Shown piece by piece: positions 19,837 to 29,710 of a DNA stretch of 64,000 nucleotides. Every line of letters starts with the position of its first letter. The stretch's first letter is position 1. This DNA comes from Chloroflexota bacterium (GTDB taxonomy: Bacteria; Chloroflexota; UBA11872), in assembly GCA_022821905.1 (NCBI GenBank), contig JAJECS010000024.1, positions 169,182-233,181 on the forward strand. The letters are read 5' to 3'. The position numbers and the translations under genes were made by a program. The notes under the pieces were generated by a model. It saw only the letters and a program-made list of their open reading frames with translations. It had not been told where the DNA came from and did no database searches.

Positions 19837-20835
19837 ATGCGGCTGGGCCTGTTGGTTCGCCTGTTCACGGCGACGCATGGGCGGATCGACGTGGAGTCGA
19901 GCGCCGCCGCGGCCAAGCCACGCTGGGAACGATCCACGGTCACCCGCGCCGAGTTCGAGGCGTCCCTGGATCTGGCGGCTGAAATCGGCGCCGAGGTGGT
20001 CGAGATCACCCAAGCCGGTCAGCCCGCGGCGGCTGAGCTGCTGGTGGCGAGTCCTCGGCTGCGGCGCGAATTCAGCGCCATGGTCGCCGACCGTGGACTC
20101 TCGATCGCGGCGCTCAATGCCGCCGGCATGCCGCTGCACCCACGAGTCGGCGGGCGCGCCCGGCGGCTCATCCGGCGCACCATCGAGCTTGCCAGCCAGC
20201 TTGACGTCCGCACCGTCGTCAGCATGTCGGGCGCGGGTGGCGACGGGCCGGCGGCCAGCACAGTCAACTGGGTCAGCTTTCCCTGGCCCGAAGAATCGGT
20301 CGCGCTGCGGGAGCGCCACTGGCAAGCGGCGGTGGGCCTCTGGCGCGACCTGGCGGGTTACGCGACCAGCCGCGGAGTCGATCGCCTGGCGCTGGAGCTG
20401 CATCCCATGCACCTCGTCTACAACGTGCCGACGTTCAAGCGACTGCACGACGCCGTGGGGCCCGTCATCTCCGCCAACGTCGACCCCAGCCACCTCTTCT
20501 GGCAGGGCATGGATCCTGCCTCGGTGGTGCGCGCCCTGGGCGAGTCGGTGGCGCACGTGCACGTCAAGGACACGCAGCTCATCGACGACGAGCTCGCCAC
20601 GGCGGGCGTGCTGGACGGGCGCAACTTCGGGGCGCACGGGCCGCGTGCCTGGATGCACCGAACCGTCGGCCGCGGTCACGGTGGCGACGTGTGGACGGGA
20701 TTCTTCGAGGCCCTGCGAGACGTTGGCTACACCGGTGCCCTGAGCCTCGAGAATGAGGACCCCTACCAGGACTACGCCGAGGGCGTGCGGGAAGCCGCCG
20801 CCTACGTGCGACCGATCCTGCAGGAACTCGAATGA
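19837..20835 (+). CDS. Sugar phosphate isomerase/epimerase (xylose isomerase-like TIM barrel)
   Basis: ALELHP, NVDPSHLFWQG, HVHVKD, RTVGRGH, LSLENED. Paralog of 58631-59602. Confidence 0.88.
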   Translation: MRLGLLVRLFTATHGRIDVESSAAAAKPRWERSTVTRAEFEASLDLAAEIGAEVVEITQAGQPAAAELLVASPRLRREFSAMVADRGLSIAALNAAGMPLHPRVGGRARRLIRRTIELASQLDVRTVVSMSGAGGDGPAASTVNWVSFPWPEESVALRERHWQAAVGLWRDLAGYATSRGVDRLALELHPMHLVYNVPTFKRLHDAVGPVISANVDPSHLFWQGMDPASVVRALGESVAHVHVKDTQLIDDELATAGVLDGRNFGAHGPRAWMHRTVGRGHGGDVWTGFFEALRDVGYTGALSLENEDPYQDYAEGVREAAAYVRPILQELE

Positions 20836-21959
20836 TCCTCCAAGAGCCGGAAACGCCGCCTCCGGCCTCCCTCGAAGACGTCACGGCCGTTCCGCTGACG
20901 CCGCCCTCGCTCGGCAAGCCGACTCCGCAAGACCTGCGCATCGGGCTCATCGGCGCCGGTCGCGTCGTGCACAACTCGGTGCTTCCGGCGTATCGCCAGA
21001 CCGGGATCACACCGGTGGCCGCCGCCGATCCCGACCACGAGGCGCGCGCAGTCACGAAACAACGCTGGGGCGTTGAGCGTGTGTTCGCGGACTTCCGGGA
21101 GATGCTCGACGAGGTTGAGTTGGACGTGGTTGACGTCAACATTCGCTGGGACGTGGGACTCTCACCGACGCGCGTCGCGGCGGTCGAGGAGGCCGCACGA
21201 CGCGGGGTCCACGTGCTCATGGCCAAGCCGTTCGCCGCCACCTACGCCCAATGCCGCGCGATGGTCGAGGCGGCCCAGGCCGGGGGCGTCACCCTCGCGG
21301 TCGATCACAACACGCGCTTCGCACCGGTGCCGCATGGCATCCGCTCGCTGATCCAGGCCGGCGTGCTGGGCCCCCTGATTTCGGCCTCGTACCTGTATCA
21401 CTCAGCCGTGGGACGCCAGCACACCAACGCCTTCGACGCGGCCTACGACAACGTGGTGCACGCCGCGGACACGTTGCTCACGTGGTTCGAGCAGGAGCCG
21501 GAGGAGGTCTACGCCCACTGGAGCCGCCGGGTCGACGGGGTGGGCTCGGTGTTCAGCGGCACGCTCAGGTTCGCGGACGGCGCCAACGCCACGATCCTGT
21601 TCGACTTCGCCACCCGCCACCGCCGCCAGATGGACTTCGTGGCCGTCGGCGAGCGCGCCAGCGTTGACGGTCGCCAGGACGCCGGCGCGCCGCCGCCCGC
21701 CACGATGCGGCGCCCTACGCTGCGCTACGGTCCGCACACCCCACGCGGGTTGGTGGTTGAGCTGCCGCTGCACCACTCGCTGATGCCGGATTCCTTCCTG
21801 GCCTCGCGCGCCGACTTCCTGCAGGCGATTCATGAGGGGCGCGAGCCATGGGTGAGCGCCGCGCAGGTGCTGCGCACCATGCGCACGCACATCGCCCTGT
21901 GCCGGTCCGCCGCCGAGGGACGCCCCGTCCGGCCGGCGTCGATCGAAGACTCGGACTAG
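20832..21959 (+). CDS. Gfo/Idh/MocA oxidoreductase
   Basis: IGLIGAGRV, GVHVLMAKP, HNTRF. ATGA overlap with the upstream gene. Confidence 0.85.
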   Translation: MILQEPETPPPASLEDVTAVPLTPPSLGKPTPQDLRIGLIGAGRVVHNSVLPAYRQTGITPVAAADPDHEARAVTKQRWGVERVFADFREMLDEVELDVVDVNIRWDVGLSPTRVAAVEEAARRGVHVLMAKPFAATYAQCRAMVEAAQAGGVTLAVDHNTRFAPVPHGIRSLIQAGVLGPLISASYLYHSAVGRQHTNAFDAAYDNVVHAADTLLTWFEQEPEEVYAHWSRRVDGVGSVFSGTLRFADGANATILFDFATRHRRQMDFVAVGERASVDGRQDAGAPPPATMRRPTLRYGPHTPRGLVVELPLHHSLMPDSFLASRADFLQAIHEGREPWVSAAQVLRTMRTHIALCRSAAEGRPVRPASIEDSD

Positions 21960-22019
21960 GCGACACCGCGATCCGGCTGTGGCATCGTGCCCAGGCGCCG
22001 CCTGCCTGAGTAGCCACCG

Positions 22020-22631
22020 GTGCCAAACCTAGAGATACGCCCCCTCTCCGTCCGCCCCCTGGAAGCAACGGCATTCCACCCGTTCGGCGCGGTGATCGCG
22101 CCCGAAACCGCGGACGCCCCGAGCTTGAACCGCTCGCCGGGCAATCTCGGCTTTCTCTGGGTGCACAAGGAGCTCGAGTTCCCCAAGTCGGCCTACATGT
22201 GCAGCCTGCGCTACTACTACCGCGGCAACCGCTGCGAGTTCCTGCAGAAGCACCCCGGAAGCACCGTCACACTCATTCCCGTCACCGGTGTGAGCGCGAT
22301 CGTCGTTGCCCCCAATAACGCTGAAGGCGGTCCGGACGTGGACGCCGCCCAGGCATTTCTGCTGGAGCCCGGCCGCGGCGCCGTGCTTCACCGCGGCGTA
22401 TGGCTGCGCTATGCCTATCCCCTGACGCAGTTTGCCGACTTTGCCTACGTGACCCAGCGCGTCGACCCCGACACGGCCAACGTCAGCGACGACGTGGTGC
22501 GGGTGAATTTGGACACCGACCTCGGCTTCGTGTTCGACCTGGCATTCGACGTTCCAACCGGCGAGGACTTTGCCCACACGCCCAGCGGCGCGCTGGCCGC
22601 GGGCCCGGAGCGAGACCCGCCGCACGCGTAG
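22020..22631 (+). CDS. Ureidoglycolate lyase-like cupin protein
   Basis: PLEATAFHPFGAVI, LQKHPGSTVTLIP, AFLLEPGRGAVLHRGVW resemble the AllA family. Confidence 0.65.
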   Translation: MPNLEIRPLSVRPLEATAFHPFGAVIAPETADAPSLNRSPGNLGFLWVHKELEFPKSAYMCSLRYYYRGNRCEFLQKHPGSTVTLIPVTGVSAIVVAPNNAEGGPDVDAAQAFLLEPGRGAVLHRGVWLRYAYPLTQFADFAYVTQRVDPDTANVSDDVVRVNLDTDLGFVFDLAFDVPTGEDFAHTPSGALAAGPERDPPHA

Positions 22632-22747
22632 AAGTCGCCTGTCGACAACCCATCACATGTAGAGGCCCATGCCAAGGTCTCGTCGCCCTCTCAGGGATTC
22701 GTGAGCAGCGCGTAGACTCGCGCGCACCTGCAGCCGGGAGCACCCGC

Positions 22748-23773
22748 ATGCTTCAGATCGGGCTCATCGGACTGGGCGGCATCGCCTCCGCGCACCTGAA
22801 GGGCCTCGCCCTGCTCGAGGCCGAAGGCCTGGCCCGCTGCGTGGCCGGCGCCGAGCCTGTGGACGAGCGACGCGAGGAACGCCGCAAGGCCTTCGGTATT
22901 CCCAAGGTCTACGCCGGCCACCGCGACCTGTTGGCCGACCCGGCCGTCGAGGCCGTGGCCATCCTCTTGCCCCACCACCTGCACGCCGGCGTCACCGTCG
23001 AAGCCCTGGACGCCGGCAAGCACGTGCTGGTCGAGAAGCCGATGGCCGTCACGATGGACGAGTGCGATCGCATGATCGAGGCCGAAGCGCGAAACGGTCG
23101 GCTCCTGCAGATCGGCCTCACCGGCCAATATCGACCGGCGATGCGCACGGCGAGGGCCTTCCTGGACACCAACGCCCTCGGCCCCGTCATCCAGGTGCTG
23201 GCGCTGGTGAGCGCCAAGCTGCCCTACGAGCACCGCGACCGCTATATGCGAACCCGCTCCATGGGCGGCGGCCAGTGGCTCGGCGACGGCGCCCACATGG
23301 TCGACTGGGTGACGCACTTAGTCGGCTCCAAGGCGGTCTCGGTGAAGGCGGCTCTCGGGACGTACATGCACTTCATGTCGGGGGACGACACCGCCACCGC
23401 GCTCATCCAATACGCCAACGGGGTCGCCGGCGTGGTGATCATGGTGGCCCATTCACGCGGTCCCGAAGAGACGGGGATGGTCGACGTCCACGGCTCCCAA
23501 GGGCGGCTGCAACTGGATTGGGTGAGCGACGCCGGGCCGCACGGCCAGGTGCGCGTAGGCCAGGACGGCGCCTGGCGCGAGCTGGACATCGAGCCGATCA
23601 ACGACTTCGCCGAGCAGTACCGCGACTTCGTCATGGCGATAGCGACTGGCGACCGACCACCCGCCAGCAGCGCCTATGGCCGCCACATCATGGAAATCCT
23701 CTTCGCCGCCGAACGCTCCAGCATCACCGGCCGCGAGGTCGTGCTGGAGCCGCTCGAACGGGAGCCGTGGTAG
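22748..23773 (+). CDS. Gfo/Idh/MocA oxidoreductase
   Basis: IGLIGLGGIA, PHHLH, GKHVLVEKP, GGGQWLGDGAHMVD. Confidence 0.9.
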   Translation: MLQIGLIGLGGIASAHLKGLALLEAEGLARCVAGAEPVDERREERRKAFGIPKVYAGHRDLLADPAVEAVAILLPHHLHAGVTVEALDAGKHVLVEKPMAVTMDECDRMIEAEARNGRLLQIGLTGQYRPAMRTARAFLDTNALGPVIQVLALVSAKLPYEHRDRYMRTRSMGGGQWLGDGAHMVDWVTHLVGSKAVSVKAALGTYMHFMSGDDTATALIQYANGVAGVVIMVAHSRGPEETGMVDVHGSQGRLQLDWVSDAGPHGQVRVGQDGAWRELDIEPINDFAEQYRDFVMAIATGDRPPASSAYGRHIMEILFAAERSSITGREVVLEPLEREPW

Positions 23774-23833
23774 CGCCTTCGACCAGTCGTCGGTAAGCCC
23801 CCTTCCGAAGCGACGAACGGGGTCTCGTTACCA

Positions 23834-25066
23834 TTGGCGGGTGCGGCGTTGCCGCATGGGAGGATTCCACTGCCCATTCGCCGCTCCGCGGCATTCGCCG
23901 CGGCTTATCTGACGTTCGCGCTGGCGGTTCTCGCAATCGCCGCCCTCGCCGTGGGATTGCTGATCAGCCGTCCGTTTGCGGTCGTGGGCGCCTGCACCAT
24001 TCAGTCCGAGTTCACAGCCGTGTGGCGCGACGAGCCCACCAGCTGCCCCGAAAGCAATCTCGTCGACGCCGATCTCTCGGGTGCGTTTCTCCGCGACTCG
24101 AACTTCTCCGGCGCGGACCTGTCCGGCGCCAACTTCAGTGACGCGGACCTTCGGTTCGCCGACTTCATCGGTGCCACGCTGGACGGCGCCGATCTGTCCG
24201 ACGCCAACCTCTACGGGGCCACGTTCCGCGACGCCCGGCTAATTGCCACCCGATTCGACGGCGCCACCATGACCGGCGCGAATCTGCAGAACTCCGACTT
24301 CAGCGATGCGAGCCTGCGCGCCGTGGACGCCTCCTGGATCGAACTGGACAACTCGGTCGCGGCCAATGTCGACATGTCCGGCGCCGAACTCAGCCGAGCG
24401 CGGTTCTATGGCACCCGTCTCCCTGGCGCGGATCTAAGCAATGTCGAACTCACGAACTCAACCATGATCCGCGTCGACATGTCGGGCGGCGCCCTGCGCG
24501 ACGCCATGATCATCAACACGAACGTCTACGCCTCCAACTTCTCCCGGGCGCAGTTGAGCGGCATGCGGGTGTATGGGTCCGAGTTTCGCCGTACCGACTT
24601 CAGCGGCGCGGTGCTCACCGACATCACCGTGTCGGGCACGCTGCTCATGGGTTCCGATTTCTCGGGATTTGAGGAATTCGGCGCCAGTGCCGACTTTCGC
24701 GGCGCCACGTTGCGCGCGTCCAGCTTCGACGATGCGGATTTCTCTCACGCCATCGTGTCGGATATGCAGACGTTTGCGGTGGGATTTCGCCGGTCAAACC
24801 TCCAGAATGCCGATTTCAGCCGCGCCGAGCTGATCCGCGCCGCGTTCACGAACGCCGATTTGCGCAGCGCCCAACTCTCCAATGCCGATCTTTCGGGGTC
24901 GAATCTAGATGGCGCGTTGCTGAACGGCGCCGACCTGACCGACGCGAACCTTACCGGCGCGGAGCTGATCGGCGCGGATCTGACCGACGCCGTGCTCGAA
25001 GGCGCCGACCTCACCGACGCGCTCTTCAGCGAGCGAATGCGGCAGCAACGCGACGGGGAGCGCTGA
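23834..25066 (+). CDS. Membrane-anchored pentapeptide-repeat protein (start uncertain)
   Basis: N-terminal hydrophobic helix followed by a long A(D/N)(L/F)xx repeat run. Confidence 0.88.
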   Translation: MAGAALPHGRIPLPIRRSAAFAAAYLTFALAVLAIAALAVGLLISRPFAVVGACTIQSEFTAVWRDEPTSCPESNLVDADLSGAFLRDSNFSGADLSGANFSDADLRFADFIGATLDGADLSDANLYGATFRDARLIATRFDGATMTGANLQNSDFSDASLRAVDASWIELDNSVAANVDMSGAELSRARFYGTRLPGADLSNVELTNSTMIRVDMSGGALRDAMIINTNVYASNFSRAQLSGMRVYGSEFRRTDFSGAVLTDITVSGTLLMGSDFSGFEEFGASADFRGATLRASSFDDADFSHAIVSDMQTFAVGFRRSNLQNADFSRAELIRAAFTNADLRSAQLSNADLSGSNLDGALLNGADLTDANLTGAELIGADLTDAVLEGADLTDALFSERMRQQRDGER

Positions 25067-25076
25067 GGGTCGATCC

Positions 25077-25427
25077 ATGATGGAGTACAAGGGCTATCTG
25101 GCCGAAGTCGAGTACGACGACTCCGTGCGGTGTTTGCACGGGCGGGTGATCAACACCGGCGCCTATCCCATCGCCACCTTCGAGACCGCCGATCCAGAGT
25201 GCCTGCGTGAGGAATTCCAAAGGTCCATTGACGAATACCTCGCGTCATGCGACGAGGACGGCGTGGATCCCATTCCACCCTTCTCAGGCAAGCTCCAACT
25301 GCGGCTCGGCAGCGACCTCCATCGGCGCGTCACCGTGGCCGCCGCCGAGAGCGGTCAGAGCATCAACGGGTGGATCACACAGGTGCTAGCCGAACGGGTG
25401 CGGTCGGCCGCCGGCGACCCTCCGTAG
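25077..25427 (+). CDS. hicB: HicB-family antitoxin (orphan)
   Basis: MEYKGYLAEVEYD..LHGRV..EFQRSIDEYL..PFSGKLQLRL..DLHRRV...A...GQSINGWI. Confidence 0.85.
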   Translation: MMEYKGYLAEVEYDDSVRCLHGRVINTGAYPIATFETADPECLREEFQRSIDEYLASCDEDGVDPIPPFSGKLQLRLGSDLHRRVTVAAAESGQSINGWITQVLAERVRSAAGDPP

Positions 25428-25560
25428 GAACTTCGCGGCGGTCGCGCTGTCCCGGCAGAATAGCCGCCATGTCCCGGCCGCCCAGGCAGTAACGGATACC
25501 GGCCGGTGACTGAGTTGTCTGGTGCCATGTTGGCCGCTGCCCCCTCGCCGAGACCAATTG

Positions 25561-25998
25561 CTAGAGCTCGGATTCGTCAACCTCATCCGCTCCCCCCGTC
25601 AGCAAATAGTGATTGACGGCAACGCTCGGGTGCACCACGCCCTCGAGCGTGAACCCTTTCTCGTCAAGCATGCGTCGCACGTCTCGGTTGCGGGCGTGGA
25701 AGTCGGCCTTGGCCTGCGCGGCTGCATCGGGGTCTTCGGGAACGGCATACATCTCGCTGATGGCATCGAGTCCTTCCACGCGACCATCGGCGTATAGACG
25801 CACGTGCCGGTCGTTCGTCATCCGGTGGCTGGCGTAGTAGTCCAGATACTCGGCGCCGTCGTCGGCGCCGAAGGCGTACCAGACGGTCCAGCCATTCCTG
25901 ACGATTCGACCGGCCTGCCTGGACGCGACGGCCTCAGGCGGCAGACAGATATCCCAATGGGCGAAATCGCCGTTGAATTCGCTCTCAATCCGATCCAT
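25561..25998 (-). CDS. Hypothetical protein, 145 aa
   Basis: ATG 25998 just after the GHL10-like stop. Ordinary globular composition (YLDYYASHRMTNDRHVRLY). Confidence 0.7.
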   Translation of the reverse strand: MDRIESEFNGDFAHWDICLPPEAVASRQAGRIVRNGWTVWYAFGADDGAEYLDYYASHRMTNDRHVRLYADGRVEGLDAISEMYAVPEDPDAAAQAKADFHARNRDVRRMLDEKGFTLEGVVHPSVAVNHYLLTGGADEVDESEL

Positions 25999-26015
25999 GC
26001 CCGTGGTTTGGCCCA

Positions 26016-27782
26016 CTATCCCGGCGCGATGACCGTCATGTCCCAGCCGGCGAGGTCGTGCAGCGGCACCGTCCAATCGCCGAGCGCCGGCTCGCCGGCC
26101 GCCACCCACTCGGCGATCTCCTCGCGATGCCCCAGCCGTCGCAATGCGTTCCACATCGGCTGCGAGTTGGCGCGCCCACCGGGCCCCGCGCAGTCCCAAA
26201 AGAACAGATGCTCGGCCCCGGTGCCGTAGATCAGGTGCGCCTTGCGCCGGAAGTCCTCCGCGCTCATGTGACGCGGCATCACGTTCGGCGCCAAGGTGCA
26301 GGCCGTGCCGCGGGTGGCCTCGACGAACGGCGTCAGCTGCTCCGGCGCTGACCACGTGTCTTCGTCGGTGGGCATTGCGAGCGGCGCGGCGCTGTAGGGA
26401 ATCAGCGCGTCGATCAGCCCCTCCCGCGCCCAGGTGGCCACGTCGCAGCCGAAGAGCACGTTTTCCGACATCAGGCCCTGCACACAGGCCGAGACCTCGA
26501 TGCGGCGCCGGCCCTGCTCGCGCGCGACGGCGTCCATCTCCTGCCGTACGCGGCGCATGAACCCCGTGAGCACGCCGGCGCGATAGGCCAGCCACTCCGG
26601 ATCGTCCTCGGGCAGCTCACGCGGATCGGCGCCGTGGCTCGCGGCGAAACCCTCGATCAACGGCTGCTCGTACATCAGATAGGGAGGGCGTCGGTTGAAC
26701 AGCAGGCAAATGCCGTCGAGGTCGAACTCGGCCATCTCGCGCAGCGCGGCCAGGCAGTAGTCCTGCACCTCGGGAAAGGCGTAGGACATGCGCGGCAGCT
26801 CGCTCCCGTCGCGGTCGAGGCAGCGCCACTGGGGGTTGTCCTGGAAATATCCGTCGAGGTATTCCTGGTTCATCGGCGGCGGATAGGTCCAGGCGGCGAG
26901 GCGGTAGGCGGCGTGGAACTCCATCCCCAGCTCGTGGGTGTGATCCAGCGCCACCTGAAACGGGTCGATGCCCTGCTCGTGAAAGCTGCGCCAGCTCTCG
27001 GCCAGGAGCCGGTCTCCCACGCGCGGAAACATCTCGACGCCATGGGCCGTGGCCGTGCGGCCGATCTTTGTGAAGTAGCGCATCAGATCGCCCGCGCCGG
27101 ACTCCCAGTACATGCGGCTGAAGTCGGTGTTGCGATAGGGCTCGATTTCGCGCCTGACCTCCTCGGCGGTCGTCATGCGGTAGGTGTAGTGCGGCCCGTG
27201 CGCGTCGTTGTGCGCCCAGAGACGGCGGTCGCGACCCGACGTGCGCTCACCGACCAGATCTTGGACCTCGTCGTCGGCCAGCGGCACGAGCTTCAAATAG
27301 GCGATGCGCGCGGAGCCCGACTGAACCGACGCCAGTCCATTGCCGGGATCGATGCGCCGCCGCAGTTGCGAGAACACCACCTCTTGGCCCGTGAGATCGG
27401 CGACCTTCCAGAAGATCTCCTGCAGCTCCTTGCGGCGCAGGTGATGGCCCTCCGTGCTCCAGGTCAGCGATGAGAAGGCGGGGTCGCCGCTGAGCTTCAC
27501 CGGGACCAGCGAGAAGTCGCTTTCGCCTCCCGCGGTCGGATGGACGCCCACCGATATTGCGTGCCAGCCGTCGACCCGCAGCGGATAGGTCACGTCCGGA
27601 GCCAGAGTCTCCGGGCCGGCGAAGAGCATCGTCCCGGAAACGCCGTCGGCCTCGAACGACAGCGTCTGCCACCGGCCCCGGGTGGCGTCCGGGGACAGCG
27701 CCTCGGCCGGCGTGCAGCGGTCGAAATCGGCGACGTAGCGCGGCGCTCCACGGAATCCGCGGTCGGTTATGGCATCGGACAT
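26016..27782 (-). CDS. GHL10-like (DUF187-type) TIM-barrel glycoside hydrolase-like protein, paralog A
   Basis: RRLWAHNDAH, DPFQV...HELGMEFHAAYR, MSYAFPEVQ, DGICL, WAREGLIDALIP. Confidence 0.7.
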   Translation of the reverse strand: MSDAITDRGFRGAPRYVADFDRCTPAEALSPDATRGRWQTLSFEADGVSGTMLFAGPETLAPDVTYPLRVDGWHAISVGVHPTAGGESDFSLVPVKLSGDPAFSSLTWSTEGHHLRRKELQEIFWKVADLTGQEVVFSQLRRRIDPGNGLASVQSGSARIAYLKLVPLADDEVQDLVGERTSGRDRRLWAHNDAHGPHYTYRMTTAEEVRREIEPYRNTDFSRMYWESGAGDLMRYFTKIGRTATAHGVEMFPRVGDRLLAESWRSFHEQGIDPFQVALDHTHELGMEFHAAYRLAAWTYPPPMNQEYLDGYFQDNPQWRCLDRDGSELPRMSYAFPEVQDYCLAALREMAEFDLDGICLLFNRRPPYLMYEQPLIEGFAASHGADPRELPEDDPEWLAYRAGVLTGFMRRVRQEMDAVAREQGRRRIEVSACVQGLMSENVLFGCDVATWAREGLIDALIPYSAAPLAMPTDEDTWSAPEQLTPFVEATRGTACTLAPNVMPRHMSAEDFRRKAHLIYGTGAEHLFFWDCAGPGGRANSQPMWNALRRLGHREEIAEWVAAGEPALGDWTVPLHDLAGWDMTVIAPG

Positions 27783-27795
27783 GGCACTTACCTCC

Positions 27796-29577
27796 CTATC
27801 CCGGCGTCACGTATGAAAGGTCCCATCCGGCCCACTCGCGCAGGGGCATCGACGGGCGGGGCAACGCGGGCTCGCCGGCGTCGATCCACGCCTGGACCTC
27901 GTCCACGTGGCCCAGCCGGCGCAAGGCGTTCCAGGCATGCCCGAAGTTCGCCCGGCACCCGCCGCCCGCCGAGTCCCAGAAGAACATGTGGTCGATCCCG
28001 GCGCTGTAGATGATCGCTGCCTGCCGCCGATAGTCCTCCGGCGACATCACCCGCGGCATCACATTCGGCGCCACCACGCACGACGATCCGGCCACCGTTT
28101 GCCGCAGAAAGTCGAGCTGCGGCGGATCTGTCCACACCATGCCGCTGGGCTCGCTGAAGAATGGGCGGAAGTTGGCGCGTGGACTGTAGGGGATCAGCGT
28201 ATCCACCAGGCCCTCGCGCACCCAGGCGGCCAGATCGATGCCCTGCATCAGGTTCTCTGCCTCGGATGCCTCCGTGATCGCCGAAACCGCGATCCGTCGC
28301 CGCTGGCCTTGAGAGGCCTCGTCCATCGCCGCCCGCACGTCCCGCATGAATTGCGTCAGCGTCCCGGCGCGATAGGCCAGCCAGTCCGGATCGTCCTCCG
28401 GCAGCGTCCGCGGATCGCGTCCGAACTCGCGCGTGAAACCCTCAACCAGCGGCGGCTCATATTCCACCAGCGGCGGACGCCGGTTGTAGAGCAGGCAAAT
28501 CCCATCGATGGGCCGTTCGGCCATTTCACGCAGCAACGACAAAACAAATTCACGCACTTCCGGATAGCTGTATGAGATGCGCGGCGTCCGGTTGCCTGCC
28601 CGGTCCTCGCCGTGGAACTCAGGATGCCGCGCGAAGTACGTGTCGCCGTGGTTGTGGTGATCGAGCGGGGGCGGGTATTGAAATGCGGCCACGCGATATC
28701 CCGCATGAAACTCCATGCCGACCGCGTGCGTCTGCTCCAACGCCACGTCGAACGGGTCGACGCCCTCTGCGCGAAACACGCGCCAGCTCTCGGCGTGCAT
28801 GCGATCGCCGCGGCGGCCATAGTCCTCCAGTCCGTCCAGCGTGTGCCGCCGCCCGATCCGGCTGAAGTACGCCAGCTGATCGCCGCCGCCTGCCTCCCAG
28901 TACATCCGCGAGAAATCGCTCTCGTGGTACTGCTCGATCTCGCGCCGGACGTCGTCCGCCGACGTGAGCCGGAAGAGGTATTGCGCAAAGTGGGCGTCGT
29001 TGTGCGCAAACAGCCGCCGGGTGTCGCCGCGCGCCTGATCCGCGCGCCAGTCTGAGACTTCGGTATCCGTCAGTGGCACGAGTTTTATGTAAACCACCCG
29101 CGCTGCCGCGCAAGCAAACGCCCCGGCTCCGTCACCCTCGCCGATCCGCGCACTCGCCTGGCCGATATCCAATTGCTGACCGGTCAGGTCCGCGATCTTC
29201 CAGTAGCACTCCACCACGTCCACGCCGTGGTCGGGCCGCCGGTATGGGTCCATGGTCACGAATGAAAACGTGTCGTCGCCGCTGAGCTTGAGCGGCACGC
29301 CCAGCGTCAGGCCCTCGGCAGCCGTGCGGATGGGCACGGTGCCGATCGAGATGGCGTGCAGCCCGCGAGCGTCCAGCGGATAGCGTACCGTGGGCGCCGC
29401 CGTCTCCAGCCCCGCCGCCAGCATGGTGCCGCTGAACGAATCCGTGCGATAGCTCATCGCGCGCCAGTGCCGGAGCTCGGGCCTGGGGCGGATTGCCGAT
29501 GCCGGCTCGGCGCGGTCCAGGTCGGTGAGATACCGCGGCGCACCGCTGAGCCACGCGTCACCAATTCGATCAGTCAA
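27796..29577 (-). CDS. GHL10-like glycoside hydrolase-like protein, paralog B (TTG start)
   Basis: Colinear homolog of 26016-27782. Confidence 0.7.
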   Translation of the reverse strand: MTDRIGDAWLSGAPRYLTDLDRAEPASAIRPRPELRHWRAMSYRTDSFSGTMLAAGLETAAPTVRYPLDARGLHAISIGTVPIRTAAEGLTLGVPLKLSGDDTFSFVTMDPYRRPDHGVDVVECYWKIADLTGQQLDIGQASARIGEGDGAGAFACAAARVVYIKLVPLTDTEVSDWRADQARGDTRRLFAHNDAHFAQYLFRLTSADDVRREIEQYHESDFSRMYWEAGGGDQLAYFSRIGRRHTLDGLEDYGRRGDRMHAESWRVFRAEGVDPFDVALEQTHAVGMEFHAGYRVAAFQYPPPLDHHNHGDTYFARHPEFHGEDRAGNRTPRISYSYPEVREFVLSLLREMAERPIDGICLLYNRRPPLVEYEPPLVEGFTREFGRDPRTLPEDDPDWLAYRAGTLTQFMRDVRAAMDEASQGQRRRIAVSAITEASEAENLMQGIDLAAWVREGLVDTLIPYSPRANFRPFFSEPSGMVWTDPPQLDFLRQTVAGSSCVVAPNVMPRVMSPEDYRRQAAIIYSAGIDHMFFWDSAGGGCRANFGHAWNALRRLGHVDEVQAWIDAGEPALPRPSMPLREWAGWDLSYVTPG

Positions 29578-29710
29578 GGCGATGGCCGTCGACTGTGGCT
29601 GGGATTGCGAAGGTCACCGGCGTCGGCGAATCATCGGCGCACCCTGCCCGTTGAACGTTGGTGTACCTTACGCCGCAGCCTGTCAGACCATCAATCGGCC
29701 GGCTCGAACC

